64,000 bases of DNA. Source: Trichosphaerium sp. ATCC 40318. Its lineage: Eukaryota > Protista > Tubulinea. Below the pieces are notes generated by a model. It ran no database searches. It had not been told where the DNA came from and saw nothing but the letters and a program-made list of their open reading frames with translations. Both the position numbers and the translations under genes were made by a program. Positions within the stretch are counted from its first letter, which is position 1, and every line of letters starts with the position of its first letter. Below are positions 50,587-63,328 of this stretch, piece by piece. The stretch covers positions 1 through 64,000 of the forward strand of contig JALMLS010000510.1 of assembly GCA_038496445.1 (NCBI GenBank). Reading direction: 5' to 3'.

Positions 50587-52500
50587 CTACATGTCTGATA
50601 TTGTTTGTTCTAGGTGTTTCATCTGCATAGTCATGTGGAGTCTTGTATTAAGAACTTCAATCCATTTTTCCTTTATAGCAACAGTCTCAGCGTATAACTC
50701 AATGTCCTTGTGTTTTTTCTTTTTTCCTCTAAGCTTTATACCAGTAGGAACACCTAACACGTTTAATGTTAGATAGTGGTAGTAGAGTATCAAGTAATTT
50801 GGTCGTATTTGGAAGAGTATAGGGTGACCGTACTATGCTCAACAAGGGAGTATTTCTGTAGTTTTATGTTTTGGAGTGCGCTGAATTTATATCCACTCAT
50901 TCTCTTCAAAAACCCGTTTGTAACTCCTAGAGCACGTGCTACTAGTAATGAATCCCTGAAAAGAAAAACATATACTTGTTCAGTCTTTTTTTTGCTCTTT
51001 TGTATAGCAAGAGGTCCTTCAAAAAGGAAGTCTTTATCTGGCTTCAAAAAATCCTTCAAAGAAAAAAAAGTAAGCAGAGAAAAAAAAAAGAGAAGAAGGC
51101 AAGGTTCTATCCGACTCCATACGAGATCAAAATAAATTGATGGGCATTTAGGTTTATCATTAGAGCGCATTTAAACATACTCAAATTGAGAAAAACGTTT
51201 AATGTGAACGTAAGGAATCAAAGTAAAGTGGAAATCGAGAAAAAAAATCAGCTAACAACAACTTTGTACCTGAGCACCTGATACACTCCGTTTGAGTTCT
51301 CTCACCTTTCTTATACTAGTTTCTCTTTGTTGTAGCATACGCTTAGACTCATTAAAGTACTTGAGGATAATATTGACTGATGTCTTTGCTTTGACTAAAT
51401 ACTCGGAATCTTTGTTCATACTTGTAGTATTCTTCAAAAGCTCCTAACTTGCATTAAAACTCAGCTCTATTGAATTTGTTTCTCGCTTTGTAATACGCAG
51501 TACTTACAGAAACTAACATTGCGTATCTAGGCACTCTAAAAAGGACGTCAGTATGATAGTGAAAAAGACCGAAACAGACCTTTGAATTGGTTGAATACTA
51601 AAGTCGAAAAAATCTAGTTTTTTACATCTAGGGTTCTTCTCTGCAATCTTGGATGTAATTGTTATTTTTTTGTATCTGCTTCTAAAAAACCTACCTCTAA
51701 AAATTCCTCAAATTCCTTATTAGACTTAATCTCTTTCTTGCAAGCCGCAGTTGATGCGTCATAATTATTAACATATTCCTGATTTTTTGAAAAATTAGTG
51801 TCCACAAAATGCGTTCATTACGCACCTCGTAACATTGCATTGTCTTCCAGTATTTATTAAATACATCACCAAGTGTTTGGTCATAACTCCAATCATCCAA
51901 ACGCTGTGTAATATCCGCCAATAGATCCTAAACAAGACGTTAAAACATGTCTCAACTATTTGAAGAAAAAACAACAAGATCTTTTTCGCGTACCACGTGT
52001 ATATCGTAAATCCGACTTATATTACCAAATATGGTCTCTAAAACACCTTGTTCTACAACTTTACGCTTACAAAGCGGATAATAAAATACCTACAGCGAGT
52101 TAAACGCGAAATCTTTTTTATCACGTGATAAATAAACAAAACAAAAAAAAACTTTCTACCTACCTCAAGGAACACGCGAAGGCTATTAACGTAATGTTTT
52201 TCAGTTTTAAAGATTTCGTTGGCAACGTATGTTCGATGCACATGCATACGTACTAAAAAACACGTGATAAGATAAAAATGGAGGTTAAAACGCGATTTTA
52301 AAACGAACCACGCGCTTTCCATTTCTTTATCGCTTTCCATGACCTAAAAACACTCTGTATCCTCAAAGCCGCTTTCTTTGATATATATTTAGGCCACTAA
52401 ACAATTAAAACTAAAGGAGAGGTACCTCTGCTTCTGACATTCTTAACAATTAGTACGTCAACCAAATTCTGCTTCGTTTTTTGTTTGTCCCTTTCTGCTC
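50587..52500 (-). CDS. DH-PH RhoGEF; start uncertain
   Basis: VANEIFKTEKHYVNSL, LGDVF, IQPIQRVPRY, FNESKR, VYVFLFRDSLLV, KEKWIEVL. Confidence 0.88.
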
Positions 52501-52850
52501 GAGTCAATTTTTGTGCAAGTACATTGAGCGTTTGATACTATTGCTTATAAACACCTTTAACTAGTTATGGTAAGTGTGGTATTGTTCAAAATCATTTGAC
52601 ACCAACTTAACTATCATGATGACATTTATAAGCACGTGGCGAGAAAAGAGGACCGTACCTTGCAATTTGATTATATTACTGAGTATTTCATTATATGTAA
52701 GTTACATAACCTGATACAACAATAGTATAAGTCTTGCTATGTTCACTATACACCATAATATGTAGATTTAATGTTCATGTTGCAAGGTCACAGTACTTTA
52801 TTTCCAATATTAATACTGTAGTTACACTTCAGAACTATGTCGAATATGAT

Positions 52851-54106
52851 TCAAATGTAGCTTGATGATAGGAGCCTTCTCCGTGCGTCCTCATCAACGT
52901 TCAAAGCAGCACATACAGTGAATACCTTAGGTTCAGCAAAATCACAAAAGTCCCTTAACAATACCTTCAGATGATGCTACAAATAAAACAACTTGAAACG
53001 TACATTGGTGGATTCCCAGACTGTGCAGTCCTAAAAGACTGTGTTGTCTCAACCATATTGGCACTAAGTTCAGCTTTAGCTGGTCCTAAAGACAACGGTT
53101 AAGCAAGTTACAGAAGTACAATTATCACAGTACCTGTAGCAATAAAATCAAACTGACAATTTGGTGAGACAGTTCTTGTAACAAGGCCGTTCCTGCCATC
53201 ATCTATAACTGATGCCTTACAGATATGTTATCGACGATAACATAAGAATACTTACAAAGGTACATTGTTTAGATGACGGAACCACTGTCCCTATCTCTGG
53301 TGGAATGAGAAATTCTACATTTTTTTCTGTTGTACGAAATATTTCACACGTCAAAATGACTGTGACAAGTGTTCCTAAACTAAAGTAAGCACACTGTTAA
53401 CACATGATAGCCGGTGTACCAGTTGTAACACCACTCGCTGAAACCATTTGTCCATCTGCAATGAAAGTGTGCTCACATTTTATCGATGGAGTTGCGCAGA
53501 TTGGTTCTAGTGTGAAGGTGACAGGTGTTGGTAAAGGGGCTTCTTCAGCGTATATAGTAAAAAACAATTCTGTTACTGCAAATACGTTATTAACATCAAC
53601 ACCAGCGCATATGCCCACTCGTTCAAATACATTTGTTTCAAGCGCTTGATTATCTGATGTCCTAATGAATATCCTTGATTGAGTTGGCGCTGATGCATAA
53701 AAAAACCAACAAGCTAATAGTGATTAAGTTAACTATTGTATGAAGGGTACTTACCTGGGCCTAGAGGCGATATATCAACTTCTACAGGACTTGTATATGT
53801 GAAAGTACAAGATCCTTCAACATTAGTATCGAATTGTGCAGTAATCACTCCGTTTGATATTGAGCAAATGACGGGTGTTGGAGACATATCAGGGTTAGCT
53901 GTCACTGTTGCTTTTGTTGTTCTCATTCCCCCAAATACATTTGTAAGAGATTCAACTTGCTCCGCATCTACTCCGATAGTTGTTGCGGTTAATTCAACAT
54001 TATCAGTAAGAGGATCTACAACACGTGTTGTAACCAACGGTTGAGATAATACGACAGCAACTAAAACTGCCAACACACTTAAAATAATAGTTTTTCCAGC
54101 TAGCAT
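52851..54106 (-). CDS. Secreted Cys/Thr-rich protein of unknown function (copy A)
   Basis: Signal peptide MLAGKTIILSVLAVLVAVVLS; multi-exon; ends ...DARRRLLSSSYI. Confidence 0.7.
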
Positions 54107-55285
54107 CTTCGTCACGTGTATCCCAATGTGCGGTAAATATATTATTGGCTGAAAACAGTATGACTTAAGTACCCGATAATGTCGGTTTTTTTACACTATT
54201 TTTCTCGAAATAGGTAAAAATTGGTTATACTTTAATGTCGAAAAAAAAGTCTAACAAATGTCGAAGTGATATTGAACTGTTCGCCGCATAGGGAGACAAC
54301 TGGGTTATGGTGCTCAGTCGCCGCTAGGCTCATTAATAAAAATTGTTGAAAAAATACACAGAGTTAGAACCTATCTTTTAGAATAGGGTCAGTTTGGTCC
54401 ACTCTGTTCAAACACGTTCAATAATCTATTGCGATTGCAAAAAAAAAAAAGAGTCCATGTCCTTTTGGCTGACTTTGTTTGTTACATTTGGCAAATTCTA
54501 TATTTAAAGCCAATACCAGACAATCACTATAGTACAATACACTCATTTGTTATTCTACCCACTGTTTATCCATATTTTTGACTGCAATACCTTCAATAAG
54601 CTTATGTTTACACAGTTGCACCATATGCTTATTGCAGTGTAATAACGTGTTCAGCCACCTTTGAAGAGGATCAAGACAATGAAGAAACGTAATCAAGTCA
54701 CTCATATGTATTCAGAAGCTTTAACATAATCAAACTATCTATTTATTCGTTAGACTATGTCCTACCAAACAACCAACCTAAGACAGTGAGACGATCTTTG
54801 GGAGCAAAGGGCATATCTTTCCCTGACAGATAGCTCGAGCGCAGAGCGAGCGTGTGGGATTTATTTACAACACTTGCGATTTAAAATAAAACAAAACAAA
54901 ATGTTTTTTTTTTTTTTTTTTTGGAAAAGAAGGGATTCCTATTTGATTGATTCATACCGATTTCTAGACATATTAACTGTTTGAGTTTCAATGACCAGAT
55001 GACCTCCTACATAAACCGCATTCCCGCATATTGTGGTCTTTCAAAGTACTTTTTATGCGGTATTAGTTGAGATGAATGATTGTTATGTGAGTGAATTGAT
55101 TGATATTTTGAGTAAATTCTATTTATTGCAATGATTGAATTTGGTTAGGGGGGTTACTGGGATTTGTCATACAACCATGAGGGTGTGGTGGGTGATTTCT
55201 GCTTGCTATCCTGTTGCTGTCATGTAAGGTTGCGAGTTGGTCTTTGTCCGTCATCTCCAAACGTCTGAAATTTGTACATCTTCAG

Positions 55286-56737
55286 TCATAAATAAACAAT
55301 TGTTTTGTATTCTTCTTGTAGTGTAATAACGGCTTCACTTGTTACATAAGTATTGTATGCAGAAATGGTGTGTGCACCTCTTAGTGACAAAAGACCTTCA
55401 TCTGTCACATTACAGCCAGATATATTTATTTCATGAACACCAGCTAGTGCTTTAACCCCTTCATCTGTCACTTGCCTGCACCAAAATAGGTCAATGATAT
55501 GAACACCAGCAAGGGCTTTAACACCTTCATCAGTCACATGTTCGCATTTTGACAGAATAATTTTATGTACACCTGTAAGTGCTTTGATTCCTTTGTCAGT
55601 GATTTTTGTACACTGGTAAAGATTGATTGTATGAACCCCAGCCAATGCCATTATGCCTTCATCTGTTATTCGTTCACATCTATTAAGATTAATAGTATGA
55701 ACCCCAGCCAATGCCATTATGCCTTCATCTGTTATTTGTTCACATGTATTAAGATTAATAGTATGAACACCAGCAAGTGCTTTAACACCTTCATCAGTTA
55801 CATAAGTGTGACTGATGTCAATGGTATGAACGCCAGCAAGCGTTTTAATTCCTTTGTCTGTCACTTTGCAATAATGAAGATTGATGGTATGAACACCAGA
55901 CAATGCTGTGATGCCTTCATCTGAAACTCTACTAAAGCTAAGGTCTATTTCATGCACGCCTCTCAACTCTTTGATGCCTTTGTCTGTTACATAGGTGCCA
56001 CGAAGGTTAATAGTATGAACACCTGCAAGTGAATTTAACCCAAAATCTGTTATATACTTGCAATTCTGAAGATCAATGGAATGAACACCCTCAAGTTCAT
56101 GGAGAATTTTATCAGTAAAATCAAGTGTACTTTTCTTGAAGTTGCAGCATTCAGATAATAGTGAGAACAAACTCTCGCACTGAAGGTCACAAAGTCCAAT
56201 AATAGTGTTTTTCTGAATGCCTTTGTACTCTCTAACCTTTAACATGTCCGAAATACTAGATATATAAATAGTTTCATATCCAATAATGTGGTGAATGATA
56301 TCAGCCATCAACCGACAAGACTGAGCAACAGAAAATCTATCTTGGCCTCTAGTATACCCAAGGATATTTGAAAGAACCTCTGGAGGGAACTCAGCAATAT
56401 TAGGTGGTTTGTAAACTCTCGTAATTTGCGTCCTAGTAATTCGTTTGGTAAGTCACGTGCGTAGTAAGACGTTAATTTTTTTTATGTACCTGTGGTGCTT
56501 CTCTTTTGGGTCAGGTTCACAATTTTCCTCACTGCCCGTTACAACGGCAGTATCTGTTTTGTTTAGTATGATATCGTCAAGTTGTCTTAAAAGGGATCTG
56601 TTCGCAATATTTAACGCAGTTTCAAGTTGTTTTACCAGTAAGCTGTGTTTTTCTCCTGTTATCTTACGAAACGCTTCACCGTGGTAATTGCTATAATAAG
56701 TGAGCACTTGCTGTACAGAAACGCCGGGTAGATTCAT
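55286..56737 (-). CDS. F-box + LRR protein with an extra 5' exon
   Basis: ORF 56737 joins via intron GTACAT...TACTAG (~56489-56433) to TQITRVYKPPNIAEFPPEVLSNIL and about 12 LRRs. Confidence 0.85.
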
Positions 56738-57226
56738 GATTTAATGTGTTGAGTTTTTTTTTTTGACTCCTCACTAAAGTATTTAAGTTACAAGCGGGAT
56801 TAAGTGCCCCAAAAGGATACGACTTTGTACAGGCAAAGCATTAACATCGAGTACGCTATTAAGCGCACATACTTAACACGTTAGTGCTCCCCTTCGTGCA
56901 CCCCTTTCAGTATCGCACACCACATACGCTGCTAAGTGGAAAACCTGAATGCATCTGTGAACCCTTTTAGTTGACCAATACGTGTGTGAATGTTGTACTG
57001 TTTTAAGGAAGTAGCCAATCAATAAAAAAGGCATCATCTATAACACTATCCACCATTGTACACTAAGATTGGCTGAAAGCTATCACACCTTCAATATGTT
57101 AAAGACAACATGACTATAACCTTCCGGCAAGACGTGATGTTACTAGTGAGTTACGAAATAAGTGTTGCTATATTTTTATTTTTCTAATTTTATTTGCAAA
57201 GTACAAGTACTTTACTGTGATGTCAT

Positions 57227-58502
57227 TCACCTAGAACTTGATAGGAGCCGTCGACGCGCATCAGAATCAATATTCAAATCAGGGCATGGTCTTACAGTGA
57301 AAACCATTGGTTCAGCAAAGTCGCAAAAGTTCCTAAAGACTAAATTAAGTGACCTTTCAATCTATAGATAAAATAGATCACGTGAAACCTACAGGGGCGG
57401 ATTCCCAGAATGAGCTATCCTAAATAGGCGTGTCCTCTCAGCAATAGTGGCACTAAGCTCAGCTGTAGCTGGTCCTAAGTACAAATAAGTTAGTTAAGTT
57501 GTATCAATAAGATTATCACGTACCTGTAGCAATAAAATCAAACTGACACTCTGGTGTAGCATTGCCATCAAGTATGAGGCCGTTTCTACCATCTTCAACA
57601 ATGGTTCCCTTGGTAGTACTGTTATTAATGATATATTGGAATAATACATACACCGTCACATTCTATTGATTCCGGCAGTACTGTCCCTATCTCTGGCGGA
57701 ATGAGGAACTCTACAATTCTTGGAGTAGAACGTATGTCTTCTTCGCAGTTCAGATTGACAGTGACACGTGTTCCTATGCCCCTGTCAGCCCTAATAAAGT
57801 ATGATAGAGGTTGTACCAGTTGTAACACCACTGGCTGAAACCATTTGTCCACCTGCAGTGAAGGTGTGCTCACATATTATTGATGATGTCGCGCAGATTG
57901 GCTCAAACGTAAAGGTGACAGGTGTTGGTAGAGGTGCGTCGTTCGGCGATATCATAAAAAACAGTTCGGTCGTTCCAAATACACCACCAATATCAGCACT
58001 AGCACACTTCGCTACTCTATCAAATATCTCAGATGCACTGCTTTGTGTATCTAGTGCTCTAAAGAGATACTCTGCTCGAGGTGATGCTGATGCATAAAAA
58101 AACCAGCAAGCTAGTATCGGTTAATCAAAGTCGTGTTTATGGTATTGTACCTGTTCCCAGAGGCGTAAGATCAACTTCTACAGGACTTGTATATGTGAAA
58201 GTACAAGATCCTTCAACATTAGTATCGAATTGTGCAGTAATCACTCCGTTTGATATTGAGCAAATAACGGGTGTTGGAGACATATCAGGGTTAGCTGTCA
58301 CTGTTGCTTTTGTTGTTCGCATTCCCCCAAATACATTTGTAAGAGATTCAACTTGCTCCGCATCTACTCCGATGGTTGTTGCGGTTAATTCAACATTATT
58401 AGTAAGAGGATCTACAACACGTGTTGTAACCAACGGTTGAGATAATACGACAGCAACTAAAACTGCCAACACACTTAAAATTATGGTTTTTCCAGCTAGC
58501 AT
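57227..58502 (-). CDS. Secreted protein (copy B, paralog of 52851-54106)
   Basis: Exon 1 near-identical, later exons diverged; ends ...DARRRLLSSSR. Confidence 0.7.
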
Positions 58503-58799
58503 CTTCGTCACGTGTATACCAATGTGCGGTAAAAAATACATTATATTATTGGCTGAAACAGTGTGACTTAAGTACCCGATAATGTCGGTTTTTTGCACTA
58601 TTTTTCTCGAAATAGGTAAAACACAAAGGTCTTTTATATAATTACAATGATAAGTTTCGTCACCTTCTTAACGCATATATCTCATCATAGCAACGTTGGC
58701 AATGAGCCTACTGTTGTTAAGTAGTGGTATGTTAAATTTTTAATTTTCAAATAAAAACCGTTTTCTTCAACATTAAAGTCCGTATTGATATAAATAGAC

Positions 58800-60312
58800 T
58801 CATCAACGCGTGATAAACAAATAAAAATAAGAACGCTCATGTACCTTGTGACAACAAGTTCATTGTGAGTCTATCTTTTTGGAGGTGTCTAACACATTAT
58901 TTTGATATTGTTCAATAATAAGTGAAAACAGATTTTGAATATTCTTTCCTGTCTTACAACTCACACTTATGAATGGTATACCCCAATATTTCGCAATTGA
59001 TATCCCTTCTTCATCAGATACTTGTCTTTTATCTTCTAGATCAATTTTATTGGCGACCTAATGTCATCACAAAGTGAACAAACAAAAAAAACAAATTGAA
59101 GATATTAAAAATACCAAAATCATAGGCACTGAAGGCTTATCTGAAACCATTCGTATATATTCCCTTTTGTCATGTATTTCATAGAAACTTGACATACTTG
59201 ATACAGAGTATATAAGAACAAATATGTCAGTACAGGGTATATAATCAACATAAGTAGAAGCACATCTAAAATAAGTATGTAAAAAGAAGGCAACATGTAC
59301 AAAAAATACTTGAAAGTTCCGTCTGTGTGGTCGCTATCATAAACATCCAATTGAGCATAAAAATTACCTCTCTTTATCTTCATACTAGCCCAATTACCTA
59401 GGTATTTATAAATTAGAGAAGTCATTGGACACTAATAAATACAATACAAAAAAAAAATTAGCAGTTTTTTGAATTAAATAGTCTTTCATGGTACGCTGTC
59501 TGTTCTAGAAAATAGGTGGACATTGTCATACCATACATGAGATAACACGAATCTTCCCAAAAACAATTAGCCAAATATCTTACAATTATAGAAGTCTATT
59601 CTCAGTTGTAAGTAGAACACGTGTTTTTACTAAAATCGGTAAAAAATCATTGGGAAAACAAAAAGAACTTGCCAATCCCACACCTTCTCCACAAAAGCTA
59701 CACAAGATCTGTTACAAGAATACGATTAGAAAGTACTTTGACAGAATAAAGAAATATGAACACCTTTGCAGTAGATGATGTCATCCGTTCAAGATGTGTT
59801 TTGGAAAGTACTAACTTTGGTATTCTTTTCATAACATTTTCTCCATAAGAGCTCCTTGAAAACTGGTTTAGACATACGCAATATCATTATACAATGTTTA
59901 AACCAAAGTACTCTTCAACTTTGAGCAGAACAGCCTACAATCAACATTCCAGTTAGTGAATTTCAGAGAAGTTAGAAAGAAAACAGAAATACAAAGCTCA
60001 CAACTCATGGATTTTGTTTATAAAGTACCTTGTGCCTCCATTGATAGATAAAATCCTTCTTAATGTTATCACCTTACCAAGTTTAATTGTAAAATGTTAT
60101 AAACGGGTACTATGTGTACCTGTAGGTTCATTTATGAAGTGGTAGGCGTAAAGCCGTTGCCATACAATATTATCTGATGTAAATGCTCTAAACGCCTTAG
60201 AAGTAGCACCAAGAGCTACTATATGTTCCACATCAAGGTTATTACTGATTAACACCAGAATCTCATGAGGCAATGATACAAAAGGCACCACGCCAGTTTC
60301 TTTGTTCTCCAT
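58800..60312 (-). CDS. F-box + degenerate Ras-family GTPase domain protein; 3' end approximate
   Basis: SLPHEILVLISNNL...DNIVWQRLY, and VANKIDLEDKRQVSDEEG...PFISVSCKTGKNI. Confidence 0.8.
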
Positions 60313-61160
60313 TGCTCGGGTATAGTGTCGTTGTATTAAATGATAAAAGCTCAAGTGGTAGATTCCCGTTTTTTTATTGTTGGCAATGTACTGACTTAAT
60401 TGTTGAAAGTTGGGAACGCAGCTTTGTTTTCACAGCACTTCTTACCGTATTTTCATGAAAGAATTTCGAACTACATGATTCATAATGTCCTAACTTACCA
60501 GAGAAGCACCAAGGCTGGTCATGTCAAGTGAAAGTGTTGAGAATTTCATGAACTCACAAAAAAAAAAAACCCTGCACGCGAAAAAAAAATGATAAACACC
60601 ACGTGGTGTAAGGTTGAATATTAGTATTGTGGTTATTTTAATTTGTTCACTTGTTCTGATTCCATGGGTGTTACTAAAGCCACAACGAAAGTGTGGTTTT
60701 AAGGAGCTATTGCTTCTTTGTGAATTTGAAAAAGGAGAAGAAAGAAAGGAGTTTTCCTAGGGTAAAACACACATATTCATAGCCTGTAATTGCAAGCATT
60801 GTCATTGACACTGCGCCAGTGAAAGGGTACCTTAATCCACATATGAAAGAAAGGTTGTCTCTGGTACAGTTTTTTTAGTACTGCGAGAATGTCAAACGTG
60901 TAGTACTTCTTTTTCTAAAGTTCCAGGGTGTACTAAAAAAAAACCATAAGTCAACTGAGTATTGCACAATGTGCTATAGTGTTGCTCACATAAAGCGTCG
61001 ATGCCTTATCCAAAGGCTTTGTAGTTAAGACTACCATTAAAGAAGCTAATCATACACACATTCCAAAAAGAAGCAAAGAATTAGATTGCAAGTCGTGTTT
61101 TATTTTTAGGTTATTTTTCTTTTTTGGAATATGCACATATTCATTTCTTTTTTTGGTTTT

Positions 61161-61600
61161 TCAGAAAGTTGGGTCCGATGCTGTAACACTGACAATAGCT
61201 CCTTTAGCTAATACTCTAGTATTTCTATCATGATACAGCCAAGTGAACTTTATAACAAAGATAGCAGCAAGGACCAAAATTAGAACAAATACAATAGCTG
61301 CAGTCGACCCTGCAACCTTTGGTATAACTGAATTACTTTCTTGTTGAACACAAGATCCTGGAGATATTGTAAGAATTAACTTATTTCCTCAATTTGAACG
61401 CTTTTCAGCTTTTTTATAGTAACGCTTTTTGAGTTCCCTATCTGGAAGTTGCTTATACCGAATTATGCTCCAACCGTGCCACTCAGTTTATTCACTATTA
61501 ATGTATAGCAACTCTCGATGTCAACCATAAAAGGAGTCTGACAAAACGGGAAGCGGGATTCTTCGAGTTTATGTTGAAACGATACTAGCACCACTTGAAT
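61161..61600 (-). CDS. C-terminal part of a single-pass membrane protein, possibly a remnant
   Basis: SCVQQESNSVIPKVAGSTAAIVFVLILVLAAIFVIKFTW; upstream frames broken. Confidence 0.35.
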
Positions 61601-62139
61601 GGTATTCAGTTGTTGCATGTAGAATTGTAGAATATTGTGTTATCACACTTAGATTCTCGAAGTTGCTCGCTACTACAGGTCACATGCACCACGTGCGCGT
61701 ACTGATATTCTTTGAGTGACTCTGAAACTGATCAACTTTAAAAAGCGTTCTAGCTTTTGATGCGCGTTTTTTATCTTGTTCTTTAATAGTGTTTGGAACT
61801 GACTCAGATTAACGGCTTATTCTTACCAACAAGGTACTTCTTCTGTGACTCACGATGTAGGGAAGTGGTCTTGACCGCCTTTTGGCGTAGCTGTAAGCTA
61901 GACTTCCAAATATAGTGGCTTAAGTTATTTCCTTGCTTAAAGTCTCTTTATGCTAACAAGAACACCCAAAACATCTTGAAAAAAACTGCTTTAATTGTTT
62001 GTGACGCTCAGATATTACTATTCCGACCTTAATATTACGAGAAAACGCAACTTCAACCGCTTTGGATTGTACTAACGCTGTACGGTAACCAAACGCAGGA
62101 AAACGTGTAAGTAATAGTTGTAGTGGTAGAATAATCAAC

Positions 62140-62934
62140 ATGAGTGCAAGTCCAGTAGAAAAGAGTGCAATATCGCTACTATCAATGCCAGTGGAGATAG
62201 TTGTTTGTATTCTGAAGAAAGCTGACATAATTACAATGATGTCGGCGGCTTATACTTGCGATTTTTTATCACGTGTTGCACGTGGCCATTTAGTTTTTCC
62301 TAATCGTCGTCCTCAAGTCTTATTGACAAGTTCTAAGCACATGAAGGAGATCTCGAATCTGATATCTTTGCCGTTTATTGACATTGTTTGCTATTTCGGA
62401 ATGGTTGATGAAGACTTAAAGAGGCTGTCTGGTGCTACCTCTGTAAATCTTCGTTTCTGTAAGCGTATAAGTGATAGAGGTATATCATACCTTGCTGGTA
62501 TTCATAAAATAGATCTGGCAGAGACTGATGTTTCTAATAAGGGTTTGAAAGCATTGGCAGGCGTTCACACTATAACTTTATCGAATTGTAAAAAAATTGG
62601 TGATAAGGGTATAAAAGCACTTGCTGGAGTTCATACTATATATCTAGATCATACATCCATTACAGATAAGGGAATAAAGGCATTACAAGGAGTACAGAAG
62701 ATTATATTAACTAACACGAAAGTTACAAACAAAGGAGTAAAATTTCTTGTTGGTGTGAAGTATATTGACGTTAGTTTCACTTCTGTAGATGGTAATGGTA
62801 TTAAATACCTAGTAGGAGTACGTAAAGTTATTGCAAAAGGTACTACGATAAAAACAAAGGATATGTATCGCATCATTGGGTCATGTAAAGAACTTGTATT
62901 ATCAAGTGGTGTTGTAACAAAAGACAACTTTTAA
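62140..62934 (+). CDS. Intronless F-box + LRR protein
   Basis: LLSMPVEIVVCIL and KALAGVHTI repeats. Confidence 0.9.
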   Translation: MSASPVEKSAISLLSMPVEIVVCILKKADIITMMSAAYTCDFLSRVARGHLVFPNRRPQVLLTSSKHMKEISNLISLPFIDIVCYFGMVDEDLKRLSGATSVNLRFCKRISDRGISYLAGIHKIDLAETDVSNKGLKALAGVHTITLSNCKKIGDKGIKALAGVHTIYLDHTSITDKGIKALQGVQKIILTNTKVTNKGVKFLVGVKYIDVSFTSVDGNGIKYLVGVRKVIAKGTTIKTKDMYRIIGSCKELVLSSGVVTKDNF

Positions 62935-63328
62935 TCAATAATAATGTAGTCCCCTTGATTCACTTACACGTGCTACAGTTCGTACCGTGTTTAAGTTGTT
63001 CGTTCAAACTACATTAAACGTGCACTAGAGAATAGCAACAATCTCTTACGACACTGTTCGCAGCATTGAGTGGAGCGGCTGCGAAAAAAAACGAATCACT
63101 ATTTTTACAACAGTGCCAAGATACATAGTAACAATCACATGTCTTATTTTCTAACCAAAAAAACTCCGCCTACCGATTTCATTATCCAATACATAGCACC
63201 ATTAGCATCCCTTCTACAACGGGTCTTTTTTAGACCATACACGCACAAAATCACAATCCATCTTAAAGATTTTTAACCATATCTTTATTATATCTCGCCT
63301 TTAACCACCAGAGCACACACAACTAAAA

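Noticed and set aside
53736-58440. Plus-strand ORFs 53736-54044, 55565-55924, 57801-58097, 58081-58440
   Set aside because: Antisense shadows of real minus-strand genes.
23850-63000. Stop-codon reassignment or U12 (AT-AC) introns
   Set aside because: In the genes I traced, in-frame stops fall inside GT-AG introns, and genes end in TAA, TAG or TGA. No convincing ATATCCTT/GTATCCTT donor seen.
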